A stretch of 63,592 bases of DNA. Source: Alphaproteobacteria bacterium. Its GTDB lineage: Bacteria > Pseudomonadota > Alphaproteobacteria > Micavibrionales > Micavibrionaceae. Positions 52,789 through 63,036 of the stretch are shown here, piece after piece (within the stretch, counting starts at the first letter, position 1; each line of letters starts with the position of its first letter). A model generated the notes under the pieces. It was not told the DNA's origin. It was given only the letters and a program-made list of their open reading frames with translations, and did not search any database. The stretch covers positions 1 to 63,592 of the forward strand of contig JBDHTT010000001.1 in NCBI GenBank assembly GCA_039808785.1. The letters are read 5' to 3'. Both the position numbers and the translations under genes were made by a program.

Positions 52789-55620
52789 ATGTATCGAAAA
52801 TTGCCCCTGAGCGGTTCTGGCCGTAATGTTTGTGGTTTTACACTGATTGAAGTTGCGATCTCCATGATGATTCTGGGGGTCATTATGGCATCTGGTCTAT
52901 CGGCCTATCAGGTCTATAGACAAAAGCAAGAAATGACGAAAACCACCCAAGTGGTGCAAACGGTGAACCAGGCCCTACAAACCTTCAAAAGTAATTTTGG
53001 GCGTTATCCCTGCCCCGCCCCGATTTTGGAACCAAGAAACAGTGCCAATTACGGACGGGAGGTAAAGTGCGATGGATTTGTAGCCGGGAATGCAGTAGCA
53101 CCGCCTAACCCTCCAAATTTTTTTCCTGCGCCTCCACCTCTCCCTGCGAATGTCGGTAATATGACCGGTGTAGTGGCACAGAGCGAGGATATGACATGTT
53201 ATAGGTATCCCAACACACGAGGTGGTCAGCCGTGCTGCACTCTTACCGCAGCTGGTTTGGCAAAGGGTCTAAATAATTTAGGTCTAAACGATTTTGATGC
53301 GAATAGTGACTTCTCCTTCTATCTGCAATGGCTTGGCAGCACGAATCAACAGTTTCAATGTGCAATGGCGGGCCCCACCTACTATTTATGCGATTATGCA
53401 CCTCTTGCTGGCGCAATTACTCAACAAAACAACCAGCTGCAGGCAAATTTTGATGCTGCTGTGGTTGCGGCCAATGCCGCAAATGCCGCAAATGCCGGAG
53501 ATGACGACCCAGGCATAGCACTGACTCCCGGGCAGTGTCTCTCGGGTGGTACACCTGCGGCCCCGACGGTAAATGGCATTTGCGTGGAGCAGAGCGATCG
53601 ACTTGATATCCCGAGCCGCAATGTTCGGGTCGGGACCATTCCATTTCGGGATATGCAACTGGATGAAAAAGACACACTTGATGGTTATGGCAACCGATTA
53701 GTATATGCCGTTACTCAGGATATGGCCAACGTTGGCACATTTAGAGAAGATGGCGGCGGGATACGCATTATAGATAGTACCGGCGCAGATTTATCGAACG
53801 GCCCCCAATCGGCCGCCTATGTTGTCTTCAGTTCAGGGAAAAATGGCAATGGGGCAGTGAATGCTAATGGCATTGCCAATGCCTGTAATGGCAATGGGGG
53901 CGATTCTGAAAATTGCCGTAATTACTCATTTGGGGCGGCGGGGCCGGGTGCCAATATGGCCGCAACCTATCGCATGGATGTCACGGGTAATAATTTTGAT
54001 GATACGATGGCCTATTTCGTCGCCAGTGAAAACCCGTTATGGCGGCGCACAGCCCCGACGTCAGAGAGCGTGACAGATTTAAGCCAAGGGAATGTAGGTG
54101 TTGGGATATTTGATCCCGCCCAGATTACCGACACCTTAACCGTGGGGCAGAGTTCGGTTAACTATACGAACGATTCCGCGCAATATGGGCGTTTGGCCAA
54201 TGTGAACGGGGATGTGGCATTCCAAACTGGCTCGCTAAGGGTCGGTGACGGCAACACGGCCAACAATAAAATTTTTGCACCACAATATTGCGACCAAAAC
54301 GGAGCAAATTGTTTTAGGGTGGAGAATATTGCCGCACCCTATGACCCGGCCCAACCAGGTCGTGGAATGGGTGGATGTCCCGCAGGACAATATATGACGA
54401 GCATTGAAGCCGGAAACGCCAAGTGCGCCGCCATTCGTTTTTACTGTACCAATCCCGATGAAGTTTTTATAGGCTTTAATGCTGATGGGACGCCAAACTG
54501 TACTTTACCTAATAATAAGTGTACTGCAGGGATCGGGGAATTATGTGGCGTATCTTATTCACTGACCATGGGAGGTCACAATACTCCCCACACTTTAACA
54601 GCACCCAACAATTGTGCCAAAAAAACGTACACTTGTAATAATGGTACCTGGCAGGTTAATTCTGGGCCTGGTTATCCTGCCAGTGCCTATGATAGCGCGC
54701 ATTGTAGCTATAATCAGAATTCGGCAATGGCAAATACCCAAACTAAATCCGTGAGTTGTTCTCTTACACTTGGCGAAGGATACACCGGAAATGCTACGCA
54801 AGATTACTATATTGGCTGTGATGGTGAGCAAGTTAATGCCGGTGCGCCGAACAACTCCGCATGTCTATGTCAACCCGTTTACAAAACTGAAGAGTACCCA
54901 TGTTCAGGGAACTTAACATCCAAAGGCACCATCCATAGGATAAAATATAAACTGTGCAATGGCAATCAATTGGCCTCTGAATGGTCATACAAACCATGGC
55001 AAGTAGGCGGGACCGTATCCGAGGATGGACAATCAATTACTGGAGGGACATTATTATCAAGTTTGGGCACTGATGACCCAAGTGGTGCCTGTAGTTGCAA
55101 TATTCCGGACAAAATTGAATTTGCCAGTTGTGATGGGGGTGGAACAAGGCAATCATCTCCTAGTCCTTCCAGTTTTTCCGTTGATCCATATAGTTGGCCA
55201 GCAGATACGAGTATAGGAAAATGGCGTCATCTTAGTGCTAATATAAACCAATGCAAATATAATGACTCTGCCTGGAACGACTCAAACTGTACCAAAATGG
55301 AGGAATCTGATCCGGATTGTGCGGTGGGCTGTTATAAAACTCAAACCAAGAAAAAAGTACGGAAAGTTCGTTCCGGGAATGGCTGGATCGATGATCCGGA
55401 CACAAGCGGAAATACGGACGGAACCTGTATCGCCCGGACTTATATTTGGAAACCCGGAAGCGATCCAACCAACAGTGGAACCGGCGCCTATACCGGCCAG
55501 GCCTACCCCCATCCTAATGATGCATGTAGCTGTGACCAGGTGGAAAAAGTATCCGCATGTCTTGTTACCACGACAACCGGGTATACTTTCTTTGCCTGCA
55601 CCTGTCGTGAGTCGAATTAA
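52789..55620 (+). CDS. Giant prepilin-type N-terminal cleavage/methylation domain protein, paralog 3, with a Cys-rich C-terminal extension of about 400 aa
   Basis: GGGAGG lies 10 nt before the ATG at 52789. Class III signal [22 protein letters not shown]. Motifs [62 protein letters not shown]...SLRVGD, and the loops [17 protein letters not shown] and [20 protein letters not shown] long Cys/Asn/Gly/Thr-rich tail follows. Confidence 0.75.
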   Translation: MYRKLPLSGSGRNVCGFTLIEVAISMMILGVIMASGLSAYQVYRQKQEMTKTTQVVQTVNQALQTFKSNFGRYPCPAPILEPRNSANYGREVKCDGFVAGNAVAPPNPPNFFPAPPPLPANVGNMTGVVAQSEDMTCYRYPNTRGGQPCCTLTAAGLAKGLNNLGLNDFDANSDFSFYLQWLGSTNQQFQCAMAGPTYYLCDYAPLAGAITQQNNQLQANFDAAVVAANAANAANAGDDDPGIALTPGQCLSGGTPAAPTVNGICVEQSDRLDIPSRNVRVGTIPFRDMQLDEKDTLDGYGNRLVYAVTQDMANVGTFREDGGGIRIIDSTGADLSNGPQSAAYVVFSSGKNGNGAVNANGIANACNGNGGDSENCRNYSFGAAGPGANMAATYRMDVTGNNFDDTMAYFVASENPLWRRTAPTSESVTDLSQGNVGVGIFDPAQITDTLTVGQSSVNYTNDSAQYGRLANVNGDVAFQTGSLRVGDGNTANNKIFAPQYCDQNGANCFRVENIAAPYDPAQPGRGMGGCPAGQYMTSIEAGNAKCAAIRFYCTNPDEVFIGFNADGTPNCTLPNNKCTAGIGELCGVSYSLTMGGHNTPHTLTAPNNCAKKTYTCNNGTWQVNSGPGYPASAYDSAHCSYNQNSAMANTQTKSVSCSLTLGEGYTGNATQDYYIGCDGEQVNAGAPNNSACLCQPVYKTEEYPCSGNLTSKGTIHRIKYKLCNGNQLASEWSYKPWQVGGTVSEDGQSITGGTLLSSLGTDDPSGACSCNIPDKIEFASCDGGGTRQSSPSPSSFSVDPYSWPADTSIGKWRHLSANINQCKYNDSAWNDSNCTKMEESDPDCAVGCYKTQTKKKVRKVRSGNGWIDDPDTSGNTDGTCIARTYIWKPGSDPTNSGTGAYTGQAYPHPNDACSCDQVEKVSACLVTTTTGYTFFACTCRESN

Positions 55621-55676
55621 TTGTTCTTTCAATCTCATACTTGACGTATGGCGCAAATCGCGCCATATGTTGGGGT

Positions 55677-56240
55677 ATGACAAATCCATATAATCCTTCT
55701 GATAAATCCAATTGGCATTCCACCACCATTCTGGCGCTGCGGCGCGGGAAAGAGATTGTGGTGGCGGGTGACGGGCAGGTAACGCTCGGTGCCACCATCC
55801 TGAAATCCAACGCGCGCAAGGTTCGCCGACTGGGTAAGGGCGGCCAAGTTGTTGCCGGCTTTGCCGGGGCCACTGCCGATGCCTTTACGTTGTTTGAGCG
55901 GCTGGAAGCCAAGCTGGAGGCTCATCCCGGGCAATTGCTGCGGGCGTGTGTGGAACTCGCCAAGGACTGGCGCACCGATAAATATTTGCGCAAATTAGAG
56001 GCGATGATGGCCGTGTGCGACAGCTCAACCTCCCTCATTCTCTCAGGAACGGGCGATGTGGTGGAACCCGAAGACGGGGTGATCGGCATCGGGTCGGGCG
56101 GGAATTACGCACTTTCCGCCGCGCGTGCCTTGATTGAAAACACCGATATGAAACTCGAAGACATTGCCCAAAAAGCCATGAAAATTGCGGGTGATATCTG
56201 TATTTATTCCAACCATAATATTGTGATTGAAAAAATTTAA
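55677..56240 (+). CDS. hslV: ATP-dependent protease subunit HslV
   Basis: [38 protein letters not shown] and [15 protein letters not shown] prefer the ATG at 55677. Confidence 0.9.
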   Translation: MTNPYNPSDKSNWHSTTILALRRGKEIVVAGDGQVTLGATILKSNARKVRRLGKGGQVVAGFAGATADAFTLFERLEAKLEAHPGQLLRACVELAKDWRTDKYLRKLEAMMAVCDSSTSLILSGTGDVVEPEDGVIGIGSGGNYALSAARALIENTDMKLEDIAQKAMKIAGDICIYSNHNIVIEKI

Positions 56241-56241
56241 C

Positions 56242-57648
56242 ATGACCGACATACCCAAAGTTTCGCATGATGACCAAGCGGGCCGCGATGCGCGTGCGAG
56301 CGAACAAGATAACAGCCGCGATATTTCCGCGCGCATTCTCGATATTCCGGCCTTCACCCCGCGTGAGATTGTCTCTGAACTTGATCGCTTTATCATCGGG
56401 CAAACTGCCGCCAAAAAAGCCGTGGCGATTGCCCTGCGTAATCGCTGGCGTCGGCAACAACTTGATCCTGCCCTTCAGGAGGAAATCTATCCCAAAAACA
56501 TCCTGATGATTGGCCCGACCGGCGTGGGAAAAACCGAAATTGCGCGCCGCTTGGCGAAATTGGCGCAGGCCCCGTTCCTCAAGGTCGAAGCCACAAAATT
56601 CACCGAAGTCGGTTATGTGGGAAAAGACGTGGAGAGCATCATCCGCGATTTGATGGAAATCGGATTGCGCCAAACCCGCGAGAAAATGCGCAAAAATGTA
56701 GAAGCGCAGGCCGAACTGGCGGCGGAAAACCGTGTGCTCTCTGCACTGGTGGGGGAGGATGCGGGGGAGTCCACCCGCCAAATTTTCCGCAAACAATTGC
56801 GCGAAGGCAGCCTGAATGACAAGGAAATTGAGATTGAAGTTCAAGATGCCGGCAGCGGCATTCCCAGTTTTGATATCCCCGGCATGCCCGGCGCGTCCAT
56901 GAGCATGGTAAGCCTCGGTGATATGCTGGGCAAAATCGGCAACCGCACCAAACGCCGCAAAATGAAGGTGGACGCGGCGATGAAATTGGTGTTGACGGAG
57001 GAAGCCGATAATTTGCTGGATGAAGACAAAATTCTCGATATCGCGCGGGAATTGGTGCAACAAAACGGAATTGTGTTTATTGATGAGATTGACAAAATCG
57101 CGGCGCGTCAGGATGTGCGCGGCGGGGATGTTAGCCGTGAAGGGGTCCAGCGTGATTTGTTGCCATTGATTGAGGGAACAGTCGTGTCCACCAAACATGG
57201 CCCCGTCAATACGGATCATATTCTCTTTATCGCATCGGGGGCCTTTCACTATGCGAAACCGTCGGATTTGCTGGCGGAACTCCAAGGGCGGCTGCCCATT
57301 CGGGTGGAGCTTTCCTCTCTCACTGAGGCCGATTTCCGCCGGATTTTGACCGATACCGAGGTTTGCTTGCTGCGGCAATATAGTGCGCTGATGGAAACCG
57401 AGCAGTTGAAATTGGAATTTGAGTCGGATGCGATTGACGAAATTGCACGCATCGCGTTTGAAGTCAATGAAACCGTGGAAAATATTGGAGCGCGGCGACT
57501 GCAAACTGTGATGGAAAAATTGCTGGAGGATATCAGTTTCAACGCCACCGATCGCGGCGGTGAAAGCGTTGCGATTACGGCAGAGTATGTGAAATCTCAG
57601 GTCTCTGAACTCTCGAAAAATCGTGACCTCAGCCAGTTTGTGTTGTAG
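56242..57648 (+). CDS. hslU: ATP-dependent protease ATPase subunit HslU (with an N-terminal extension of about 35 aa)
   Basis: [16 protein letters not shown], Walker [16 protein letters not shown], and [11 protein letters not shown]. The conserved core starts about 35 residues after the first available ATG (56242), and no in-frame ATG, GTG or TTG lies closer. Confidence 0.9.
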   Translation: MTDIPKVSHDDQAGRDARASEQDNSRDISARILDIPAFTPREIVSELDRFIIGQTAAKKAVAIALRNRWRRQQLDPALQEEIYPKNILMIGPTGVGKTEIARRLAKLAQAPFLKVEATKFTEVGYVGKDVESIIRDLMEIGLRQTREKMRKNVEAQAELAAENRVLSALVGEDAGESTRQIFRKQLREGSLNDKEIEIEVQDAGSGIPSFDIPGMPGASMSMVSLGDMLGKIGNRTKRRKMKVDAAMKLVLTEEADNLLDEDKILDIARELVQQNGIVFIDEIDKIAARQDVRGGDVSREGVQRDLLPLIEGTVVSTKHGPVNTDHILFIASGAFHYAKPSDLLAELQGRLPIRVELSSLTEADFRRILTDTEVCLLRQYSALMETEQLKLEFESDAIDEIARIAFEVNETVENIGARRLQTVMEKLLEDISFNATDRGGESVAITAEYVKSQVSELSKNRDLSQFVL

Positions 57649-57699
57649 GATAGAGGGCTATTCCAACCATTTTTTCGGCATACCCCCTATTGTCCCTTC

Positions 57700-58518
57700 A
57701 TGTTGTCCAGCCCGCATCATTTTACCACCAGTGATTATGAGCATCTGATCAGCGAAGCCCTAGGGATTGCCGATGAAGCCGGCCGCGCCATTTTGCGCAT
57801 TTATGCGCAGCAAGTGATTGAGGTGACGCGCAAGAATGACCACAGCCCGGTGACAGAGGCTGATTACGCGGCGCATAGGGTGATTGTTCCCGCACTCCAA
57901 AAACTCACCCCCCATATTCCGGTGATATCCGAAGAATCACCTGAAAAACCCGAAGGGTTTGAGATCTTCTGGCTGGTTGATCCGCTGGATGGGACTCGGG
58001 AATTTTTAAAACGCAATGGAGAATTTAGCGTCAATATTGCCCTGATTTGTAACAGTAAACCGGTTCTGGGCGTGATTACGGCACCGGGGCAACCATTCGC
58101 AGATATGGCCCCGGATATGACTCCGGATTTGGCCTATACGGCCTCAATCAAAACTGCGGCCAAAAAGCGGCAGGCGGGAAACTGGACAGAGCTGCCCAGA
58201 CTCGCGAAAAATTCCATTCCTGACGCGCCCGTCATTCTGGGCCCGCAAACATTAGAAAATCCGCATTTGAAACTTTGGCAAGCGCAACATTATCCAAACG
58301 CCACGTGGTTGCGGGTTGGGTCTGCGCTCAAATTCGGGGTGTTGGCGGAGGGGCGCGCGCATCTTTATCCGCGCTTTGGAACGACCATGGAATGGGACAC
58401 CGCGGCGGGTCAGGCGATTTTGCATGCTGTGGGGGGCCAGATCACGGATTTTAACGGCGCACCCCTTACCTACGCCAAGCCAAACTACCTTAATCCGCAT
58501 TTCATCGCCAAAATTTGA
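57700..58518 (+). CDS. cysQ: 3'(2'),5'-bisphosphate nucleotidase (inositol monophosphatase family)
   Basis: SPVTEADYAAH, WLVDPLDGTREF and WDTAAGQAIL motifs. Confidence 0.8.
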   Translation: MLSSPHHFTTSDYEHLISEALGIADEAGRAILRIYAQQVIEVTRKNDHSPVTEADYAAHRVIVPALQKLTPHIPVISEESPEKPEGFEIFWLVDPLDGTREFLKRNGEFSVNIALICNSKPVLGVITAPGQPFADMAPDMTPDLAYTASIKTAAKKRQAGNWTELPRLAKNSIPDAPVILGPQTLENPHLKLWQAQHYPNATWLRVGSALKFGVLAEGRAHLYPRFGTTMEWDTAAGQAILHAVGGQITDFNGAPLTYAKPNYLNPHFIAKI

Positions 58519-58562
58519 ACGAGTCCCCCTTTGGGACGAGGCTATGATTGTTTTGAAACCTG

Positions 58563-59288
58563 CTACCCGTTGCACGGGCTTGTGTTCCCGCGCGTCTTGG
58601 CCCATTGGCCACCCAGATAGAGCGTAACAAAGTAATAGATAAACAGTTCCAGCACTTCGCTAATTCTCCAGAAAAAATGAAAAATGGAGATTCCCAATTT
58701 CATATCGGCCAGCGTATCAATGGTCTTAAGGACCAAGGCAATCAACGCGGTGGGTAGTAGCATCGCATCCCCGTAAATGGGTGCAAATCTTTGCGGCAAT
58801 TTGTGCGGGGCAAAGTGTTTGATCAGGGGAATGATGATGCCGCCGACCAAAACACCGATTTGCAGCAGGGCCTGAGGCTTTTGATCCAACCAAGTGGACA
58901 TATTATGAAGGTTGGTTTCGTTTTGGTCGTTCAGCCGCGCCCATTCCATAGGTGTCGTCCAATGAAAGAGCCATTGCCCCCAACTGATCTCCTCCCCCGC
59001 GATATAAAGACAGCCCAACGCCGCGATAAAATACCAGAGTTTGAGCCAGGGTGATCGCACGCGACTCAATAACCGCACGCCGATTACACAACCGATGAAG
59101 GCTATAATCGCCTGAAGCGATTCATGAATACCGCCCTCTTCTAATAGGATGGACTTCCACTCTTCGCTTGCGAGCCATTCGAACGCAATTTGCGCGACCA
59201 ACATCACACAGGGTATGATCAACCACCATATGCGGGATATGGGCACGATCGAATCGCAATGTGGAAATGTAGAAGTTTGCATCCGCAC
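58563..59288 (-). CDS. Hypothetical polytopic membrane protein
   Basis: 241 aa with about 6 hydrophobic segments and an AGEEISWGQW motif. No family recognised. Confidence 0.5.
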   Translation of the reverse strand: MRMQTSTFPHCDSIVPISRIWWLIIPCVMLVAQIAFEWLASEEWKSILLEEGGIHESLQAIIAFIGCVIGVRLLSRVRSPWLKLWYFIAALGCLYIAGEEISWGQWLFHWTTPMEWARLNDQNETNLHNMSTWLDQKPQALLQIGVLVGGIIIPLIKHFAPHKLPQRFAPIYGDAMLLPTALIALVLKTIDTLADMKLGISIFHFFWRISEVLELFIYYFVTLYLGGQWAKTRGNTSPCNG

Positions 59289-59291
59289 AAA

Positions 59292-61118
59292 TTACTCAAC
59301 TGTGACTGATTTTGCAAGGTTTCTCGGTTGGTCCACATCGGTTCCCTTGGCCACGGCTGCGTGATAGGCCAGCAATTGCACCGGGAGCGCATATAAAATC
59401 GGTGTGATCAAACTATGCATTTCCGGCAGGGTAATCACCCACGCACACTCAGACCCGATTTTTTGCGCGCCGTTTTCATCGGTAATCAAAAGGATTTTCC
59501 CACCGCGGGCTATAGTTTCCTGAATATTAGAGATATTTTTTTCCAGCATATGATCGCTCGGTGCCAGAAACACCACCGGAAGCCGATCATCAATCAGGGC
59601 AATGGGGCCGTGTTTCATTTCCCCCGCGGCATAGGCTTCGGCATGGATATAGGAAATTTCCTTGAGCTTCAACGCTCCCTCCAACGCCAGCGGATACAAC
59701 CCGCCACGCCCCAAATAGAGAACATGAGTGAAGGATTGAATGTCATTGGCAATGCGGATAATTTGTTCATTACGGCTGAAGATACTGGCGGCAATTTTGG
59801 GCATCGTGCGCAGTTCATAGGTATATTCGGCCTCTTTGGCTTCGGTGATCACGCCCTTGGCCGATGCCGCCGCCACCGCCATAGCCGCGAGGGTGGTGAG
59901 TTGAGTTGTGAAGGCTTTAGTAGACGCCACGCCAATCTCCGGCCCCGCCATGGTATGAAGGCACAGATGCGATTCGCGTTCAATCGTGCTTTCAATGGTG
60001 TTCACAATCGACAGGCACATTTGCCGCTCGCGCTTGCAGTATCTGAGCGCCTCCAAAGTGTCCAAGGTTTCCCCCGACTGTGAGACAAAAATCGCCATAC
60101 CGTTTGAGGGAAGCGGCGCTTCGCGATAACGGAATTCGGACGCGACATCGACTTCACACGGAATTTTGGCAATGGTTTCAAACCAATATTTGGCCACCAT
60201 ACAGGCGTAATAGGCCGTGCCGCACGCCACCAATGTCAGGCGCGGCGCGCGTAAGAGAGCCTCCAACACTTCGTTATGCAACGAAAGCCGATTGGTGGTG
60301 GGATTGATCAGCGTGTTGAGCGTTTCGGTCATCACCACCGGTTGTTCGTAAATTTCCTTGAGCATAAAATGCGGATAATCGCCCTTCCCCGCCGTTTGGC
60401 CCGATTGCGCGGTGAGCCGCACCGGGCGATCCACGGCTTTCAATTTCGCATCGGTGATTTTGATATTATCATTGGTCATGACCAAACGGTCGCCATCCTC
60501 CAGAAAGCTGATTTTTTTGGTAAAGGGAGAGAGGGCGTAGGAGTCGGAGGCAATGAGCATTTCCCCGTCCCCGTAACCCACCGCCAGCGGAGTCCCCTGC
60601 CGCGCGCCGATCAAACAATTTTCCAGCCCGCGAAACATCAGGACAATCGCAAATGTCCCGCGCAGCCGGTTGAAACATTTATGCGCCGCCTGTTCGGGGC
60701 TCTCACCCTGCTGCAGATAATAATCCACCAAATGCGCAATGACTTCGGTATCGGTGTCGGTTTCAAATGTGACGCCTTGTTCTTGCAGCTCGGCCTTGAG
60801 TTCTTGATAATTCTCAATAATGCCGTTATGCACGACCGCGACACGCTCTGTCATATGCGGGTGGGCGTTGCGTTCTGTGGGTTTTCCGTGTGTGGCCCAA
60901 CGTGTGTGACCAATGCCGATGGACCCGTTGAGCGGGTGGGATTTTAAGCGTTGCGCCAAATTATCCAGCTTGCCTTCGGCGCGCGCGCGCACCAAATGCT
61001 CCCCCTGAAGCGTGGCAACCCCGGCCGAATCATAACCGCGATATTCTAATCTGCGCAGACCCTCCACCAATTCGGGGACAATATTTTTATTTGAAACAAT
61101 CCCGATAATACCGCACAT
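59292..61118 (-). CDS. glmS: Glutamine--fructose-6-phosphate aminotransferase
   Basis: MCGIIGIV N-terminal nucleophile, two SIS domains, and a C-terminal ..DVDQPRNLAKSVTVE. Confidence 0.95.
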   Translation of the reverse strand: MCGIIGIVSNKNIVPELVEGLRRLEYRGYDSAGVATLQGEHLVRARAEGKLDNLAQRLKSHPLNGSIGIGHTRWATHGKPTERNAHPHMTERVAVVHNGIIENYQELKAELQEQGVTFETDTDTEVIAHLVDYYLQQGESPEQAAHKCFNRLRGTFAIVLMFRGLENCLIGARQGTPLAVGYGDGEMLIASDSYALSPFTKKISFLEDGDRLVMTNDNIKITDAKLKAVDRPVRLTAQSGQTAGKGDYPHFMLKEIYEQPVVMTETLNTLINPTTNRLSLHNEVLEALLRAPRLTLVACGTAYYACMVAKYWFETIAKIPCEVDVASEFRYREAPLPSNGMAIFVSQSGETLDTLEALRYCKRERQMCLSIVNTIESTIERESHLCLHTMAGPEIGVASTKAFTTQLTTLAAMAVAAASAKGVITEAKEAEYTYELRTMPKIAASIFSRNEQIIRIANDIQSFTHVLYLGRGGLYPLALEGALKLKEISYIHAEAYAAGEMKHGPIALIDDRLPVVFLAPSDHMLEKNISNIQETIARGGKILLITDENGAQKIGSECAWVITLPEMHSLITPILYALPVQLLAYHAAVAKGTDVDQPRNLAKSVTVE

Positions 61119-61167
61119 AAATTTAAACTCCCATTTTTGAATATGTGATAAGATTTTTTGATCTGAA

Positions 61168-62550
61168 TTACGATCTTTTTAATCGTCCTTTGGCTTTTCC
61201 CGCAAGGCTGATTTGCTTACTGCGTCCAACCACCAACGCATCCGGTTCAACATTTTGCGTCACCGTGCTGCCCGCGGCGATATAGGCCCCGTCGCCGATT
61301 TCCACCGGCGCAATCAATGTGGCGTTTGATCCGACCATCACATAATCGCCAATCAAGGTTTTTGACTTATGTTGCCCGTCATAATTCACCGTAATTGCAC
61401 CGCATCCGAAATTGGCCTGTTCGCCCAATGCCGCATCGCCGATATACCCCAGGTGATTGGCCTTGGCTCCGCGTTTGATATGGCTGTTTTTAACCTCCAC
61501 AAAATTGCCGATTTTGGCACCTTCGTCAATATGGCTGTGCGGGCGGATGCGGGCAAAGGGGCCAATGCTCGCCCCGCTTTGAATGGTGGCCCCTTCAATA
61601 TGGCTGAATGGCTTGATGTCCACATTGGCTTCAATCCTAACTTGGGGGCCAAAGATCACATGCGGACCGATCACGCAATCCTGGCCAATCTGCGTATCAT
61701 GCGAAAAATATACCGTGGCTGGATCTTGGAGTGTCACACCACTCTCCATCATCTCCAACCGTTTCATCTCTTGCCAATACTGTTCCAATTCCGCCAATTG
61801 CGCGCGGGAATTCACGCCGCGCAATTCACGGTACGGCCCGCGAAACACGCCTGTGCCAATCTTTTTCGAGTTTAAAATTTTCGGAATATCGACCAAATAA
61901 TATTCACCCTGACGGTTATTTTTGCCCAATTGGCCCAGATATTTGAGGAAATTTTTGCTGCGAAACACGCCGATGCCGCTATTCACCAAGCGCACCAATT
62001 TTTGCTCGGGATTTGCGTCTTTTTCTTCGATAATATCTTTCAACGTGCCATCTGCATTTTGAAAGATCCGGCCAAAACCCGTAGGATCTGGCGGCACCAT
62101 CGCCATAAAACTTGCACCAAAACCGGAATGCGCGTTAAAATCCGCCAAGAAATCCTTGAGGCAGTCAGCCCCCACCAGCGGCACATCACCGCACAGCACC
62201 AGCACATTGCCGCAAAATTCAGGATACGCCCGCTCTAACTCCTCCACCGCGCATTTGACCGCATGACCGGTTCCCAATTGTTCGGTTTGAATAGCAAAAA
62301 AACTTTGGCTTGTGGAGCCATCCAATTCCTTTTGTGCGGTCTCCCTCACATCCTCCATCTGCGGCGCGATGACCGGGATAATATAGTCGGGGTTGAGCCG
62401 AATGACAGTACGCACGACATGCGACACCATCGGCAAATCCGCAATTTGATGCAGCAATTTGGGCAGGTTGGAGCGCATGCGCGTGCCCTTACCTGCGGCC
62501 AAAATAATCACGGCCAGTGGCGTGGAATGGGAAAGTTCAGATGCGCTCAT
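61168..62550 (-). CDS. glmU: Bifunctional UDP-N-acetylglucosamine pyrophosphorylase / GlcN-1-P acetyltransferase
   Basis: AVIILAAGKGTRMRSNLPKLLH and C-terminal left-handed beta-helix hexapeptide repeats. 460 aa. Confidence 0.93.
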   Translation of the reverse strand: MSASELSHSTPLAVIILAAGKGTRMRSNLPKLLHQIADLPMVSHVVRTVIRLNPDYIIPVIAPQMEDVRETAQKELDGSTSQSFFAIQTEQLGTGHAVKCAVEELERAYPEFCGNVLVLCGDVPLVGADCLKDFLADFNAHSGFGASFMAMVPPDPTGFGRIFQNADGTLKDIIEEKDANPEQKLVRLVNSGIGVFRSKNFLKYLGQLGKNNRQGEYYLVDIPKILNSKKIGTGVFRGPYRELRGVNSRAQLAELEQYWQEMKRLEMMESGVTLQDPATVYFSHDTQIGQDCVIGPHVIFGPQVRIEANVDIKPFSHIEGATIQSGASIGPFARIRPHSHIDEGAKIGNFVEVKNSHIKRGAKANHLGYIGDAALGEQANFGCGAITVNYDGQHKSKTLIGDYVMVGSNATLIAPVEIGDGAYIAAGSTVTQNVEPDALVVGRSKQISLAGKAKGRLKRS

Positions 62551-62747
62551 GATACCTGCTCAAAAAACTATTTTACAAGAGAATAAGAAGAGAGTCTTAG
62601 GGCAATCTCAGTCATTTTGCCACAGAAAAATCATAAATCCATTCACCAAATGTTGCATAAGATTGCAGAATTTGTCTTTAAATCTATATAGGCACCTTCA
62701 TTCGCTCAAACAACGTCTTTGTTACACAAGACTCTCTCATGTTCTTC

Positions 62748-62756
62748 TGTGGATAA
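62748..62756 (-). promoter_or_regulatory. Consensus DnaA box (TTATCCACA on the minus strand) upstream of gcrA
   Basis: The plus strand reads TGTGGATAA at 62748-62756, about 280 nt upstream of the gcrA ATG at 63037. Confidence 0.4.
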
Positions 62757-62894
62757 AATTGAAAAAAACACTCAGGATTCTTGAGTGCATCACCAAGCTA
62801 TGCGTAAAGTAAATCCATCGCCATACAAAAAACTTTAAAAGAAGTGCAGCATTTTTTGGGGCGATGCGCAGCAAAATTCTGCGCAATGCAAGAG

Positions 62895-63006
62895 TTTGGA
62901 ATAATATTTTTATTTCAAATTATACGGCACTAAGCGCGGCGGACCTTGTTCAAAAGCCGGCCCCGTATGTGAGGGCTTTCATTAAGAATGAAAATTTTTA
63001 ATGAAG
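62895..63006 (+). repeat. Two-hairpin intergenic element, copy B (upstream of gcrA)
   Basis: TTTGGAATAA..TTATTTCAAA (62895-62919), a GC-rich core, then CGTATGTGAGGGCTTTCATTAAGAAT..ATTTTTAATGAAG. It shares ATTTTTATTTCAAATT-TAC-G and CGTATG-GAG-GCTTTCATTAA-AAT blocks with copy A at 25899-26021. Confidence 0.55.
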
Positions 63007-63036
63007 AAATTATACATGACTCTGGAGGAGAAAAAT

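Noticed and set aside
56035-57504. A 489-aa minus-strand ORF opposite hslU and the end of hslV.
   Set aside because: It is a shadow ORF of a highly conserved gene. The translation is low-complexity (R/F/G/H-rich) with no domain signature.
59415-60947. Two long plus-strand ORFs (222 and 223 aa) opposite glmS.
   Set aside because: They are antisense to glmS and have no motifs. This is the typical open antisense frame of a moderately GC-rich gene.
63001-63036. The upstream ATG (MKKLYMTLEEKN..) as the gcrA start.
   Set aside because: That ATG is part of hairpin 2 of the repeated intergenic element; the same ATG in copy A opens only a 7-codon ORF. GGAGGAG precedes the ATG at 63037, which begins the conserved MSWTNDR GcrA N-terminus.
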